This document shows positions 28,484 to 36,458 of a stretch of DNA of 64,000 nucleotides, one piece after another (position 1 is the stretch's first letter; each line of letters starts with the position of its first letter). The notes under the pieces were generated by a model that saw nothing but the letters and a program-made list of their open reading frames with translations, was not told the DNA's origin and did no database searches. The stretch is from a virus: positions 1 through 64,000 of IMG/VR virus record IMGVR_UViG_3300045988_106519; one strand, given 5' to 3'. The position numbers and the translations under genes are program-made.

Positions 28484-28511
28484 TTGTGGGAGGAGTCGGC
28501 TTAGTATGGTT

Positions 28512-28841
28512 TTACCCATTTTTATGTTTCTTTGACTTTAAAATCACTTTTGGATTAAGTAGTAGCCAAACTATTGCTAAAAGAAAAGTGTGATATTCAA
28601 ATATTAATTCATACATTTTATTCCACCACGGAGCTTTAAGTGAATTAATCATATCTTCAAGTTCTTTTTCTGATAGAGCATTTAGTTCTTTGTCATCAGT
28701 ATCAAATAGATAATCAATAATTCCTAAATTAAACTCTACTCTTTGTTTAAATGAAAGAGTATACCTTAGTTTTGTATGAAGATAAGAAAATACAAGAGAT
28801 TGGTATTGTATTTCATTTGTTTGATTCTTCTCTATATCCAT
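28512..28841 (-). CDS. hypothetical membrane protein (109 aa)
   Basis: C-terminal hydrophobic segment FLLAIVWLLL. Confidence 0.5.
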   Translation of the reverse strand: MDIEKNQTNEIQYQSLVFSYLHTKLRYTLSFKQRVEFNLGIIDYLFDTDDKELNALSEKELEDMINSLKAPWWNKMYELIFEYHTFLLAIVWLLLNPKVILKSKKHKNG

Positions 28842-28842
28842 A

Positions 28843-30339
28843 TTATTCTTCTTGCTTTAATCCTACAATACTTATTGGTGTTCCAATAGATAAGAAATCC
28901 TTTAAGTATTTCTTAATATTATTAGGTGTAAGTATTTCTCCTATTTCTCTAAGTTGTTCAGGAGCATATGTTGCAATTTTATTATTATCTGTAGTATAAT
29001 AATCAATAAAGTCATCTATAGATTTTCCACTATCTTTTACTTGTTGATAAATGGAATAAGCTCTTGCTCTTTTCTCTTGTGATTGGGTAAGATATTTATA
29101 ATCCCCTTTATTTTTAATTATACTACCAGGTTGTCCTATTTGTTTCTTTACTTTTCTCCAAGAGATATTATGTACAATCCCTTCATTATATCTCATAATA
29201 TCTCCTATAGGAGTTACATCTTCATCATAAGCTTGAGATCCAATCCAGTTCATAATGCGATTGGTTCCAATATTACGTGTAGCCCAATGTGAAACCTCAT
29301 GATTTAAAACAGGAGATATAACTGTATTTTTAAGATTACTTTTTAACACAATTCCATCATAAGGAAGAGCCATTCCATTATTCCTTGGATCATTATTTAC
29401 AATCTCCTTTATAGTTCCTGGAAAATAATCTTTGCGATTAACCCTTTCATCTGTAAGATTTTTCATGTAATTCCAATGGTCTTCTAATCCTGCTCTTTGA
29501 AGTCTTTGCTGATAATCTTCACTATTGATAAAGTCTGTATACCTTTGAGCTGCTTCAGCTTTTATGTCTGTCGGTATTCTTGTTAGACCCTTCAATGGAG
29601 TATCTATGTTAGAACTAACGCTTTCAGATGATTTAGCAAGATTAACAGTTCTTCTTGCTCTATCAAGTCCAGTAAGACTTTTGAACATCAGTCCTGCACC
29701 ACCTGCTAAATCCATAGCAGTCTCAGGAGTGAATTTCCCTTGACTAACATCATAGGCACCTTTGGCTGCAAAACCAAGACCTAAGCCAGTGTTAGCTGCG
29801 TTTACAATAGGATTGTACATAAGAGAGGCTATACCAGCTCTTGCAGTTTGTCCTGCTGTAGTGGCTAAGGCTGACTGACCTAAAGCTCCTACTAATGGAG
29901 TAGAGGCTACTGCAAATGGAACTGCTGAAAGAGCTTGGCTCCATGCAGAAAGGTTAGGATGCTCTTGCTCCCAAAGATTATGGGAGAGAGCACCCTTGAT
30001 AGCCTTATTTCTTAAATGAGGATTATATTCTCTGTGAGGAGTATTAAAAATCTGTGTTTGGTCATTATTCTGTGTAAGATATTCGTTGAACTGTGTAGAT
30101 AGAAGATTCTCCTTTGAAGGAGTGACAACTACCTCGTCAAGGGAATGGACTGGCATGACAGACTTGGCTGTATCATTATCACCTAAAATAAAATAGTTGC
30201 CATTAGCATCAGCAAATACATTAACAGGAGTCTGCTGTCCATCTATCAGTATGTCGGCTGAAGCAGAAGGGTAGGAGACTCCTTTATATTTGATAGGATG
30301 AGAGTAAGAGAACTCTCTTAAAGTATTGTTATCTGGCAT
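28843..30339 (-). CDS. Large protein with Gly/Ala-rich hydrophobic region and HExxH motif
   Basis: 498 aa. ALSAVPFAVASTPLVGALGQSALATTAGQTARAGIASL...GLGLGFAAKGA...LAGGAGLMF, then VLNHEVSHW. Confidence 0.5.
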   Translation of the reverse strand: MPDNNTLREFSYSHPIKYKGVSYPSASADILIDGQQTPVNVFADANGNYFILGDNDTAKSVMPVHSLDEVVVTPSKENLLSTQFNEYLTQNNDQTQIFNTPHREYNPHLRNKAIKGALSHNLWEQEHPNLSAWSQALSAVPFAVASTPLVGALGQSALATTAGQTARAGIASLMYNPIVNAANTGLGLGFAAKGAYDVSQGKFTPETAMDLAGGAGLMFKSLTGLDRARRTVNLAKSSESVSSNIDTPLKGLTRIPTDIKAEAAQRYTDFINSEDYQQRLQRAGLEDHWNYMKNLTDERVNRKDYFPGTIKEIVNNDPRNNGMALPYDGIVLKSNLKNTVISPVLNHEVSHWATRNIGTNRIMNWIGSQAYDEDVTPIGDIMRYNEGIVHNISWRKVKKQIGQPGSIIKNKGDYKYLTQSQEKRARAYSIYQQVKDSGKSIDDFIDYYTTDNNKIATYAPEQLREIGEILTPNNIKKYLKDFLSIGTPISIVGLKQEE

Positions 30340-30398
30340 AATATCAAAGTTTTATGGCAAAGTAACAAAAACTATTTGAGAGTGCAAAGAGTATAAGC

Positions 30399-31619
30399 TT
30401 ATTTCTTTAAGAAACTTTGAAGTTCGGTAAGAGAATTGACAGTATGAATAGAATTAGGATTGAAATCCTTTATCATATCTTCCAATATCTCCTGCTCTCT
30501 AGTGTTCTTGTAGAAAGGCATAATGATAACAGGAGATTTATGTCTTAAAGCACGTCCACATCTTTGCACACTACATACCTCAGACGAGGAATAATTGGCA
30601 AAGATAGCATATTTGCAATCAACAAGATTAGCATTCTCATTGAGAATATTAACAGAAGTGATATGATTAATCTTCTTATCATTGAAATTCTTGTATATTA
30701 ATTCAGAGTTAGGATTCTTAGAGTGTATGCAATACTTGCCAAGAGATTCAGCCTGCTCTATAGTCTTACAAAAAGTAAGAGTACGCTCATTAGCAAGATT
30801 TGAAAGTATAGCTAGGACTATATTGTTTTTAAGATTGGCAAGATACTTAATACGTTCACCACATGAGAAAAGCCATTTGTTTTTGGTATATTCTTGATGA
30901 GTGCGCATAAAAGAGTTCTTTTGAAACAGAATCTGAGAGTTCATGTCATTAAGTTTCTGACGTTGAGTGCAAGAGATAATGGCATGTACTTTCATCTTAC
31001 GATAGCTCCAAAGCTTAGAGAAAGGACCATGATAGAGGGGACCTTTAGCCTTAGGATTAATCTCTATGAACTCTGTGGGATGAACATTATCAAGTTCAAG
31101 AGGAAAGAGAATAATCTGAGGTTCTGGAAGCACTCCATCCTTAATAGCATCAGTAATATTGCATAGTACTGTTTGAGCATGATATTCATACTGTAAATAC
31201 AGCTTTAGCTTTTTGGGGATTGTAGCACTAAGACCAATAACATTTCCAAATGAGATAGTATGAAAGAGGTCATGTCTGAGGTCACTGTTGAGGTGATGGC
31301 ATTCATCCATGATGATAATGTCATAATACTTATCAGCATGCTTATGAAGTGACTCATAACATTCAATAATAAGATTAGCATTACCCTTAATGCCTCCCCA
31401 TTTAGCCAATTCATCTTTCCAAGTTTCCTTATGAACAGTTTTTGCTACAAGTAGAAGTATAGAAACTTCAGATTTATCCTTGTAAGTAGTTTCTATAAGA
31501 TGATTTGTCATTCGTATAGAAATATAACTCTTACCATAGCCAGTAGGAAGTTCAACTAAGGTAAAGTTGGACTTGCTTAATGTTGTAAGGCATTGAGAAT
31601 AAGCTTCTTCTCTTGTCAT
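30399..31619 (-). CDS. SF2 DEAD/DEAH-box helicase
   Basis: LPTGYGKSY (motif I), IIMDECHHL (motif II), QRCGRALR (motif VI). Confidence 0.8.
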   Translation of the reverse strand: MTREEAYSQCLTTLSKSNFTLVELPTGYGKSYISIRMTNHLIETTYKDKSEVSILLLVAKTVHKETWKDELAKWGGIKGNANLIIECYESLHKHADKYYDIIIMDECHHLNSDLRHDLFHTISFGNVIGLSATIPKKLKLYLQYEYHAQTVLCNITDAIKDGVLPEPQIILFPLELDNVHPTEFIEINPKAKGPLYHGPFSKLWSYRKMKVHAIISCTQRQKLNDMNSQILFQKNSFMRTHQEYTKNKWLFSCGERIKYLANLKNNIVLAILSNLANERTLTFCKTIEQAESLGKYCIHSKNPNSELIYKNFNDKKINHITSVNILNENANLVDCKYAIFANYSSSEVCSVQRCGRALRHKSPVIIMPFYKNTREQEILEDMIKDFNPNSIHTVNSLTELQSFLKK

Positions 31620-31663
31620 TTTATTTTGAAATTTAAGAATACCATATTTCAGGTATGTTGTTA

Positions 31664-31822
31664 TCAGAATGTTGATTCATGTGCTTCGAGTGATGAAAGA
31701 TAACTATCAGCTTCCTCGTTAAGGAAATAATCTTCTATCTCCTTTGTAGGAAGAGTATCTACCATAGCCTCAAGGAATAATTTTTCCTCAGAAGGATCAT
31801 AATTGTTGAAATGTGTTACCAT
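31664..31822 (-). CDS. hypothetical small acidic protein (52 aa)
   Basis: Hand-found ORF MVTHFNNYDPSEEKLFLEAMVDTLPTKEIEDYF... Confidence 0.3.
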   Translation of the reverse strand: MVTHFNNYDPSEEKLFLEAMVDTLPTKEIEDYFLNEEADSYLSSLEAHESTF

Positions 31823-31895
31823 AATTGTTTGGAATTTAAGTTAATTATTAAATATGATGAATGTATGTTAGTAAGACATACAATGAATATACAAA

Positions 31896-31933
31896 AATGA
31901 AAAAATCCTCCATGTCTCACGACAGAGAGGATT
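31896..31933 (-). terminator. Intrinsic terminator after the tRNA locus
   Basis: Minus strand reads AATCCTC-TCTGTCGTGAGACATG-GAGGATT followed by TTTTTCATTTTT. An inner GTC/GAC stem carries a GTGA (GNRA) loop. Confidence 0.5.
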
Positions 31934-31993
31934 AAAACTTATTAATCACATTTTAAACTACAAATAACTATTATACCTAAATTATGACTTGAG

Positions 31994-32037
31994 TACTCCC
32001 TATTGGGCTTGAACCAATGACACCAGGCTTAGTATAG
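31994..32037 (-). tRNA. 3' half of a split tRNA (anticodon-stem 3' strand, variable loop, T-arm, acceptor 3' strand)
   Basis: Minus strand reads CTATACTAA-GCCTG-GTGTC-ATTGG-TTCAAGC-CCAAT-AGGGAGT-A. GCCTG and AGGGAGT pair with CAGGT and GCTCCCT of the 5' half at 32799-32837. Confidence 0.6.
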
Positions 32038-32111
32038 TGGTTGATATGGGACTCAAACCCATACTCTTCCCTTTAGGAGAGGGATGCTTTATTCAATTAA
32101 GCTAATCAACC
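32038..32111 (-). tRNA. tRNA-Arg (anticodon CCT)
   Basis: Hand-folded cloverleaf: GGTTGAT-TA-GCTT-AATTGAATA-AAGC-A-TCCCT-CTCCTAA-AGGGA-AGAGT-ATGGG-TTTGAGT-CCCAT-ATCAACC-A. All stems are Watson-Crick paired. Confidence 0.85.
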
Positions 32112-32710
32112 ATTTTTGCTTTGCCATAATAAGCACTTTTTCCTCTTGGTGCATTTTTATTTCTAGAACCAAAGTTTTTTGTTAATGAATGACAGTTAGG
32201 ACATAATACTTGCAAGTTACTTTCTATATTATTTTTAGAATCCCCATCTATGTGGTGAATCTGCAATGGAATTTTATTTGTATATGGATTCACTTCACCC
32301 CAACCACATTTTTCACATTTGTAATTATGTTTTTGAAGCAAGTAATTCCTAACGAATGTACTGCAACTATAACCATTTGTTCCATCTATATGTCCTTCTT
32401 TCCATTCTTTAATACGTTGTTCTTTTTTATATTTTACTGCACATTCCTCACTACAAAATAATCCTGTGGAACCAGGATATTTAGCAAAAACTTTCCCACA
32501 ATATTTACAAATTCTCGTACTTATTTTTCCTTTATTAAATGTCTCTGATGGATTTATTGTTCTTCTTTTAGGCAGATTTATACCAAGTCTTTGAGCAGCT
32601 TTTCTGACTGCATGACCTGAGACATTATACATCTTTCCAATTTCATCATAACTTTTTTGTTCTTTATATATTAAATTGAACAAATTATCCTTTTCTGTTT
32701 TCCAATCCAT
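32102..32710 (-). CDS. HNH homing-type endonuclease with N-terminal HTH
   Basis: IHHIDGDSKNNIESNLQVLCPNCHS (HNH core); Cys-rich zinc motifs; N-terminal YDEIGKMYNVSGHAVRKAAQRLGI. The last 10 nt overlap the tRNA-Arg 5' end. Confidence 0.85.
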   Translation of the reverse strand: MDWKTEKDNLFNLIYKEQKSYDEIGKMYNVSGHAVRKAAQRLGINLPKRRTINPSETFNKGKISTRICKYCGKVFAKYPGSTGLFCSEECAVKYKKEQRIKEWKEGHIDGTNGYSCSTFVRNYLLQKHNYKCEKCGWGEVNPYTNKIPLQIHHIDGDSKNNIESNLQVLCPNCHSLTKNFGSRNKNAPRGKSAYYGKAKMVD

Positions 32711-32732
32711 TTGAACTTATATTTTATATCTA

Positions 32733-32740
32733 CAAAGATA
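32733..32740 (-). promoter_or_regulatory. -7 box TATCTTTG upstream of the HNH gene
   Basis: Minus strand reads AAGTATCTTTGTAGATA about 25 nt upstream of the ATG at 32710. The octamer is identical to those at 3338 and 53982. Confidence 0.3.
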
Positions 32741-32798
32741 CTTAATACTAAGTTCAATTATTCTTATATAACAAAAGGTCTTATTTATTATAATATTA

Positions 32799-32837
32799 TT
32801 ACTAAACCTGTGCTCTATCCAACTGAGCTAAGGGAGC
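32799..32837 (-). tRNA. 5' half of a split tRNA (acceptor 5' strand, D-arm, anticodon-stem 5' strand, loop)
   Basis: Minus strand reads GCTCCCT-TA-GCTC-AGTTGGATA-GAGC-A-CAGGT-TTAGTAA, and no T-arm follows it. The joined anticodon would be AGT or ACT depending on the junction. Confidence 0.6.
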
Positions 32838-32838
32838 A

Positions 32839-32872
32839 TAAAAACTTCTACTGTTCTCACGAATGGTAGAAG
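32839..32872 (-). terminator. Hairpin plus T-run just upstream of the split tRNA
   Basis: Minus strand reads CTTCTAC-CATTCGTGAGAACA-GTAGAAG-TTTTTAT. An inner TTC/GAA stem carries a GTGA loop. Confidence 0.45.
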
Positions 32873-33307
32873 TAAACTAAAAACATTTTCAACCTAACAT
32901 TTTAATTATAATTCAATCTACAAAGAACTATTGCAAAGTTATACTGTAAAATAGATAATGCAAAACATATAACCATGAGACTAAGAACGTCTTAATGGAA
33001 ATATGAGGTTTGCTTAGGCTTGACCTTTTCAATAACGAAGAAGGTGGCCTTGCGTTGAATGATGTGCCTAAAACCAAGTTTAAAGCACTGAAACCAACTT
33101 CGGGTGCACATCATGCCATACTCATGAATGTATGGGAGAAGAGAGATGTAATGAAGTTTGTAGAAAGTGATATATCTTTTAGTTCTTGGTATTGCTGTAG
33201 TATTTTGAGAAGTCCTCGAACTTTACTGTATGGGTAGAAGGGTTGTAGATACAACGTGCTATAAGCTGGGTGTTTGATTTAGATACATTGAACATAATAT
33301 ATTAGTT

Positions 33308-33550
33308 TTAATGGTGAAACAATGTTATAAGAATATCATCAAGGGTGCTGAGAAGTCTACGTCTGTAGAATAACTCCATTTTGTTTGGACTATCTTTGTT
33401 GCTATGATAGTCAAGTCTTGCAGTATCAATCTTAGATAGACTATCCATAAAGAATCTATTCTTATACTTGAGGTGATTACACTTTGTATTGAGATAGATT
33501 GCTATGGATAATAGCAAGATGATTAGGAATATTGTTAATAATATAAGCAT
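33308..33550 (-). CDS. small membrane protein (80 aa)
   Basis: Start moved to the ATG at 33550 (MLILLTIFLIILLLSIAIYL...) to remove the out-of-frame overlap with the lipoprotein gene. Confidence 0.45.
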   Translation of the reverse strand: MLILLTIFLIILLLSIAIYLNTKCNHLKYKNRFFMDSLSKIDTARLDYHSNKDSPNKMELFYRRRLLSTLDDILITLFHH

Positions 33551-33563
33551 AATTATTGTTGTT

Positions 33564-33779
33564 TTAATGTTGTTTCTTTTTATAGCATGAACAATCAGGG
33601 TTATGAACAACTGCAATACCTCTATCTTCATACCATATATAGTAAACATGACCACGGTATTGAAGTTGCTTATCTGGGTAATCCCATCCATTACCTTCAT
33701 ATAATGGATCTGTCTGAGTTTTGGGGTCACATGCACAAAGTGCTATAAGTGCAAGAATGATTAGAATATACTTCTTCAC
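33564..33779 (-). CDS. putative lipoprotein (71 aa)
   Basis: Signal peptide MKKYILIILALIALCAC with a lipobox-like L-I-A-L-C. Confidence 0.6.
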   Translation of the reverse strand: MKKYILIILALIALCACDPKTQTDPLYEGNGWDYPDKQLQYRGHVYYIWYEDRGIAVVHNPDCSCYKKKQH

Positions 33780-33807
33780 AGTTTTATCTTTCCATTGTTA
33801 ATATCAA

Positions 33808-34137
33808 TCAATTATTAATATCAATCATTAGTCTAAGAAGAGTAGCACTTACAGTAGTTGCAAGGCTACCCTTCAAGAAGAAACCTCCAAGGTCTTCATT
33901 CCATAGTACCTTGAAAGTAACTTTATCAAGCACAATAGTGTCACCCTCATAGACCTCCTTTCCACTCTTATCTTTAAATCCAGTATATTGTCCAACAGTT
34001 AAAGGGTCAACTTCTACTCTATTACAAATAGAGTCTTTATACCATTCAATATATGTACCAAATGGAGTTTTGACAAGAGAACCGTACGCCCATTGGTTAT
34101 TGTCTTTGCGTTTACCACAAAATTTGAATGTTCTCAT
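33808..34137 (-). CDS. YopX-family protein
   Basis: TVGQYTGFKDKSGKEVYEGDTIV is the typical YopX core. Confidence 0.65.
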   Translation of the reverse strand: MRTFKFCGKRKDNNQWAYGSLVKTPFGTYIEWYKDSICNRVEVDPLTVGQYTGFKDKSGKEVYEGDTIVLDKVTFKVLWNEDLGGFFLKGSLATTVSATLLRLMIDINN

Positions 34138-34140
34138 TAC

Positions 34141-34350
34141 TTATTCCTCCTTAAGTTCTACAGGTTTATCAGTCCAGCTAAGCTCTCGTCCGATGAGCTT
34201 CTTTATGCTGCCATTAGGAAGTTGGAAACCATAGGCTCCGTTTCTATCTTGTGGTAACCAATAGTTGTGCTCGTCATAATCACCAGCCCACATATCTGGC
34301 TTACAGTTGAATATCCATTCGCCAATATAATCTTTTGCTACCCATGCCAT
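34141..34350 (-). CDS. hypothetical protein (69 aa)
   Basis: ORF track; tight packing. Confidence 0.45.
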   Translation of the reverse strand: MAWVAKDYIGEWIFNCKPDMWAGDYDEHNYWLPQDRNGAYGFQLPNGSIKKLIGRELSWTDKPVELKEE

Positions 34351-34352
34351 TA

Positions 34353-34721
34353 TTATTCCTCCTTTATGCCGAATGGTGTACCATCAGCAAATGTATAATC
34401 TTCAAAATCTAATTCAAAATTACAATTACCATCGATATTGCAATATGTGGTATACTTGTTTTCCTCTTTATACTTTACCCACCCAAACGGCTTATGCTTC
34501 TGCATTTCCTGCCAACACTCTTCTGTATCCTTAAAGGGACGGTATTGAGATTCTGGTTTAATGCGATATCTTGAAGAGTGATAATTAAATTTAACATCTT
34601 TGTCACATTGAATATCTCTCCACCATTCTTCTGTTTCAGTTAAACTTAAAAATTGTATCGTTTTACCTTCTGCAAATGCCTGTATAATAGGCAGCAGTTC
34701 TTTCGCTTGTTGTCTGTTCAT
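34353..34721 (-). CDS. hypothetical protein (122 aa)
   Basis: ORF track. Confidence 0.5.
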   Translation of the reverse strand: MNRQQAKELLPIIQAFAEGKTIQFLSLTETEEWWRDIQCDKDVKFNYHSSRYRIKPESQYRPFKDTEECWQEMQKHKPFGWVKYKEENKYTTYCNIDGNCNFELDFEDYTFADGTPFGIKEE

Positions 34722-34727
34722 AATTAT

Positions 34728-35078
34728 TTACAGTTTAGTTGGTCGTCCGTGAGTATAAACATCATGCTTGGCACGAGTGCCGTCTTTTTCTTCCCTATAG
34801 AAGAAGAATGTCAAACCTAATGTTGCTCGCATATACTTTTCTGATGGTGTATGTGGAACTATTCTTGAAAGCCAGCCTACGTTTCCATCTTCATCTATAA
34901 CCTTATCTCCGATTTTAAAAGGCAGGGCTTTAATATAGTCCTCTTGAAGTTGTTTCATATCTTGAAGCAATTCCTCACGCCTTATATTTAACCTTACCTT
35001 TCTATCTATAAAAGGCTTCATTGTTTCTAACCGTTTTAGCCATTTATCTATTTGCTTGTCTAATTCTTCTTTTGTCAT
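34728..35078 (-). CDS. hypothetical protein (116 aa)
   Basis: ORF track. Confidence 0.5.
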   Translation of the reverse strand: MTKEELDKQIDKWLKRLETMKPFIDRKVRLNIRREELLQDMKQLQEDYIKALPFKIGDKVIDEDGNVGWLSRIVPHTPSEKYMRATLGLTFFFYREEKDGTRAKHDVYTHGRPTKL

Positions 35079-35081
35079 AAG

Positions 35082-35321
35082 TTATTCCTCCAATAAATTA
35101 AAATCAGCAACATTATGATAGAAATCTCCGTCACCATAAATGTTACATGAATAGCTCTTGCCTTCCACACAAACCTCGAAGTAGTTGTTGTCATCATATG
35201 TGATTTCAACATCATCTGGCAGAATATTCTCCTTGAACCATTCTGTGCTATCTATGTTATCCATTGGCTCTGAAGTGCTAAAGGGCACACATTCACAATT
35301 CTTAATATCTTCTATACTCAT
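35082..35321 (-). CDS. hypothetical acidic protein (79 aa)
   Basis: ORF track. Confidence 0.45.
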   Translation of the reverse strand: MSIEDIKNCECVPFSTSEPMDNIDSTEWFKENILPDDVEITYDDNNYFEVCVEGKSYSCNIYGDGDFYHNVADFNLLEE

Positions 35322-35749
35322 TGTTTGTCCTCCAAAAAATAAATATAAAGGTTATACTTCTCTTTTACTTTCTTGAACTTGTCCAAGAGAAAGGAGTTTT
35401 GCAAGATTGCATCTATTACTTTCTGTACAGTTCCATATTCAACTAATACGATAGTCTTACTACCTGGGCGTTCATCATCTGGAGAGTAAGGAACACCGTA
35501 ACATGTGTAGGGAACTCCGTCTGACAAGTAACGTAGAAAGGTTCCAGTGTTCTCATCTAAAACCTCATCGGTTATGATTCTGTCAATCTCTTGAAAATCC
35601 TTATACTCTTTTCGTGTAAGATTAAATTTGATTCCCAAAGGATAATGCCCAACACAGCCATCAGTACCGAAGTATATTATGCGGTTTGGCTGCTTATTAT
35701 GTTCTACTGGTCGCTTAAGACCAATGTATGAAATATCAGATGTTGACAT
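35318..35749 (-). CDS. hypothetical protein, paralog of 37533-37871
   Basis: Shared IIYFGTDGC.GH.P.GI ... Y.CYGVP.S.DD.R.GS blocks. Confidence 0.55.
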   Translation of the reverse strand: MSTSDISYIGLKRPVEHNKQPNRIIYFGTDGCVGHYPLGIKFNLTRKEYKDFQEIDRIITDEVLDENTGTFLRYLSDGVPYTCYGVPYSPDDERPGSKTIVLVEYGTVQKVIDAILQNSFLLDKFKKVKEKYNLYIYFLEDKQ

Positions 35750-35751
35750 AG

Positions 35752-35928
35752 TTACAAATTTTCGATTTTTTCTATAAGTTGTTTACGTGAAAGTCCACTA
35801 TAGTAATATTCACCATGTACTGTTAGGACGGAACTATTTCCACCGCACCAATCATGGATCTCCTTGATGTCTGATACTGGAATATTAACAGTATCACGTG
35901 TATCAGAAATTACTTCTATAAACTTCAT
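35752..35928 (-). CDS. hypothetical small protein (58 aa)
   Basis: Hand-found ORF MKFIEVISDTRDTVNIPVSDIKEIHDWCGG... Confidence 0.3.
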   Translation of the reverse strand: MKFIEVISDTRDTVNIPVSDIKEIHDWCGGNSSVLTVHGEYYYSGLSRKQLIEKIENL

Positions 35929-36083
35929 TGTTCTTCTTCCTTTCTTGGTTTTAAATTTTCACAACGGCATGTTGCTTCTCCGAAATTGATATTGGCAGGA
36001 AAAAAGTGATAATAACTACAATATCCACCATATAGGTCCGCATAAGGACAGCACGGACAATCCCCTTGTATTATATTCTCCAT
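35925..36083 (-). CDS. hypothetical Cys-rich small protein (52 aa)
   Basis: Hand-found ORF MENIIQGDCPCCPYADLYGGYCSYYHF...CRCENL. ATGA overlap with the next gene. Confidence 0.3.
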   Translation of the reverse strand: MENIIQGDCPCCPYADLYGGYCSYYHFFPANINFGEATCRCENLKPRKEEEQ

Positions 36084-36088
36084 GTTTG

Positions 36089-36298
36089 TTAGACCTCCAA
36101 TTCTTTAAGATAAACATATACATCTGTAAATGTAAAGTTTGTCAGTTTTTTATATCTATTTACTACCTTTTCTACAAGATACCATTTGTTTTCAATGATA
36201 ACTTCCTCACCTATACAAGGAATATTATTGTAAGGGCATGTTTCATATTGCAATATGGAATTTTCCTCATCCTCTTTTTTATAAAAAAATACATTCAT
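36089..36298 (-). CDS. hypothetical protein (69 aa)
   Basis: ORF track. Confidence 0.45.
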   Translation of the reverse strand: MNVFFYKKEDEENSILQYETCPYNNIPCIGEEVIIENKWYLVEKVVNRYKKLTNFTFTDVYVYLKELEV

Positions 36299-36458
36299 AA
36301 CAATCCCTTCAATTTTAAAGTCATTTCCTCAACCAAGTTTTCTACTTCTCCCCAATCGTGAGGGTCAAATCCTTCATTAAATAAAGCACTATCAGCTATT
36401 TTTTTATTTGATTTAAGAAGATTAAGAAATCTTCCTTGTCTATTTCTACTTTACTCAT
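36295..36458 (-). CDS. small gene readable only with a -1 shift at an A7 run
   Basis: ATG at 36458 (overlapping the upstream stop) gives MSKVEIDKEDFLIFLNQIKK, then TAG. The -1 frame has no start codon but reads IADSALFNEGFDPHDWGEVENLVEEMTLKLKGLL and ends in an ATGA overlap with the next gene. Confidence 0.3.

Larger units (their letters stand above)
32038..32798 (-). mobile_element. Inserted cassette (own promoter, HNH endonuclease, tRNA-Arg(CCT)) splitting a tRNA gene
   Basis: It lies exactly between the two complementary tRNA halves. Confidence 0.55.

Noticed and set aside
32038-32798. Interpreting the tRNA interruption as a canonical group I tRNA intron.
   Set aside because: There is no G before the 3' junction. 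The ORF has its own TATCTTTG promoter box. A complete second tRNA lies inside. Almost no non-coding sequence is left for a ribozyme core. The question is left open as a finding.
33010-33237. 75-aa plus-strand ORF (TTG start) in the gap right of the tRNA locus.
   Set aside because: No ATG start and no promoter box or RBS-like element noticed. It is the sole plus-strand ORF in a minus-strand region. It cannot be supported, although the roughly 430-nt gap (32873-33307) remains unexplained.
33551-33736. N-terminal 62 codons of track ORF 33308-33736, which overlap the lipoprotein gene out of frame.
   Set aside because: The internal ATG at 33550 starts right after the lipoprotein stop and begins the hydrophobic segment. 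The upstream extension is probably spurious.
36396-36398. TAG-to-Gln recoding as an explanation for the interrupted small ORF.
   Set aside because: Reading through gives a hydrophobic, poorly protein-like tail with a second TAG and no coupled stop. The -1 frame gives an acidic sequence that ends in an ATGA overlap with the next gene.
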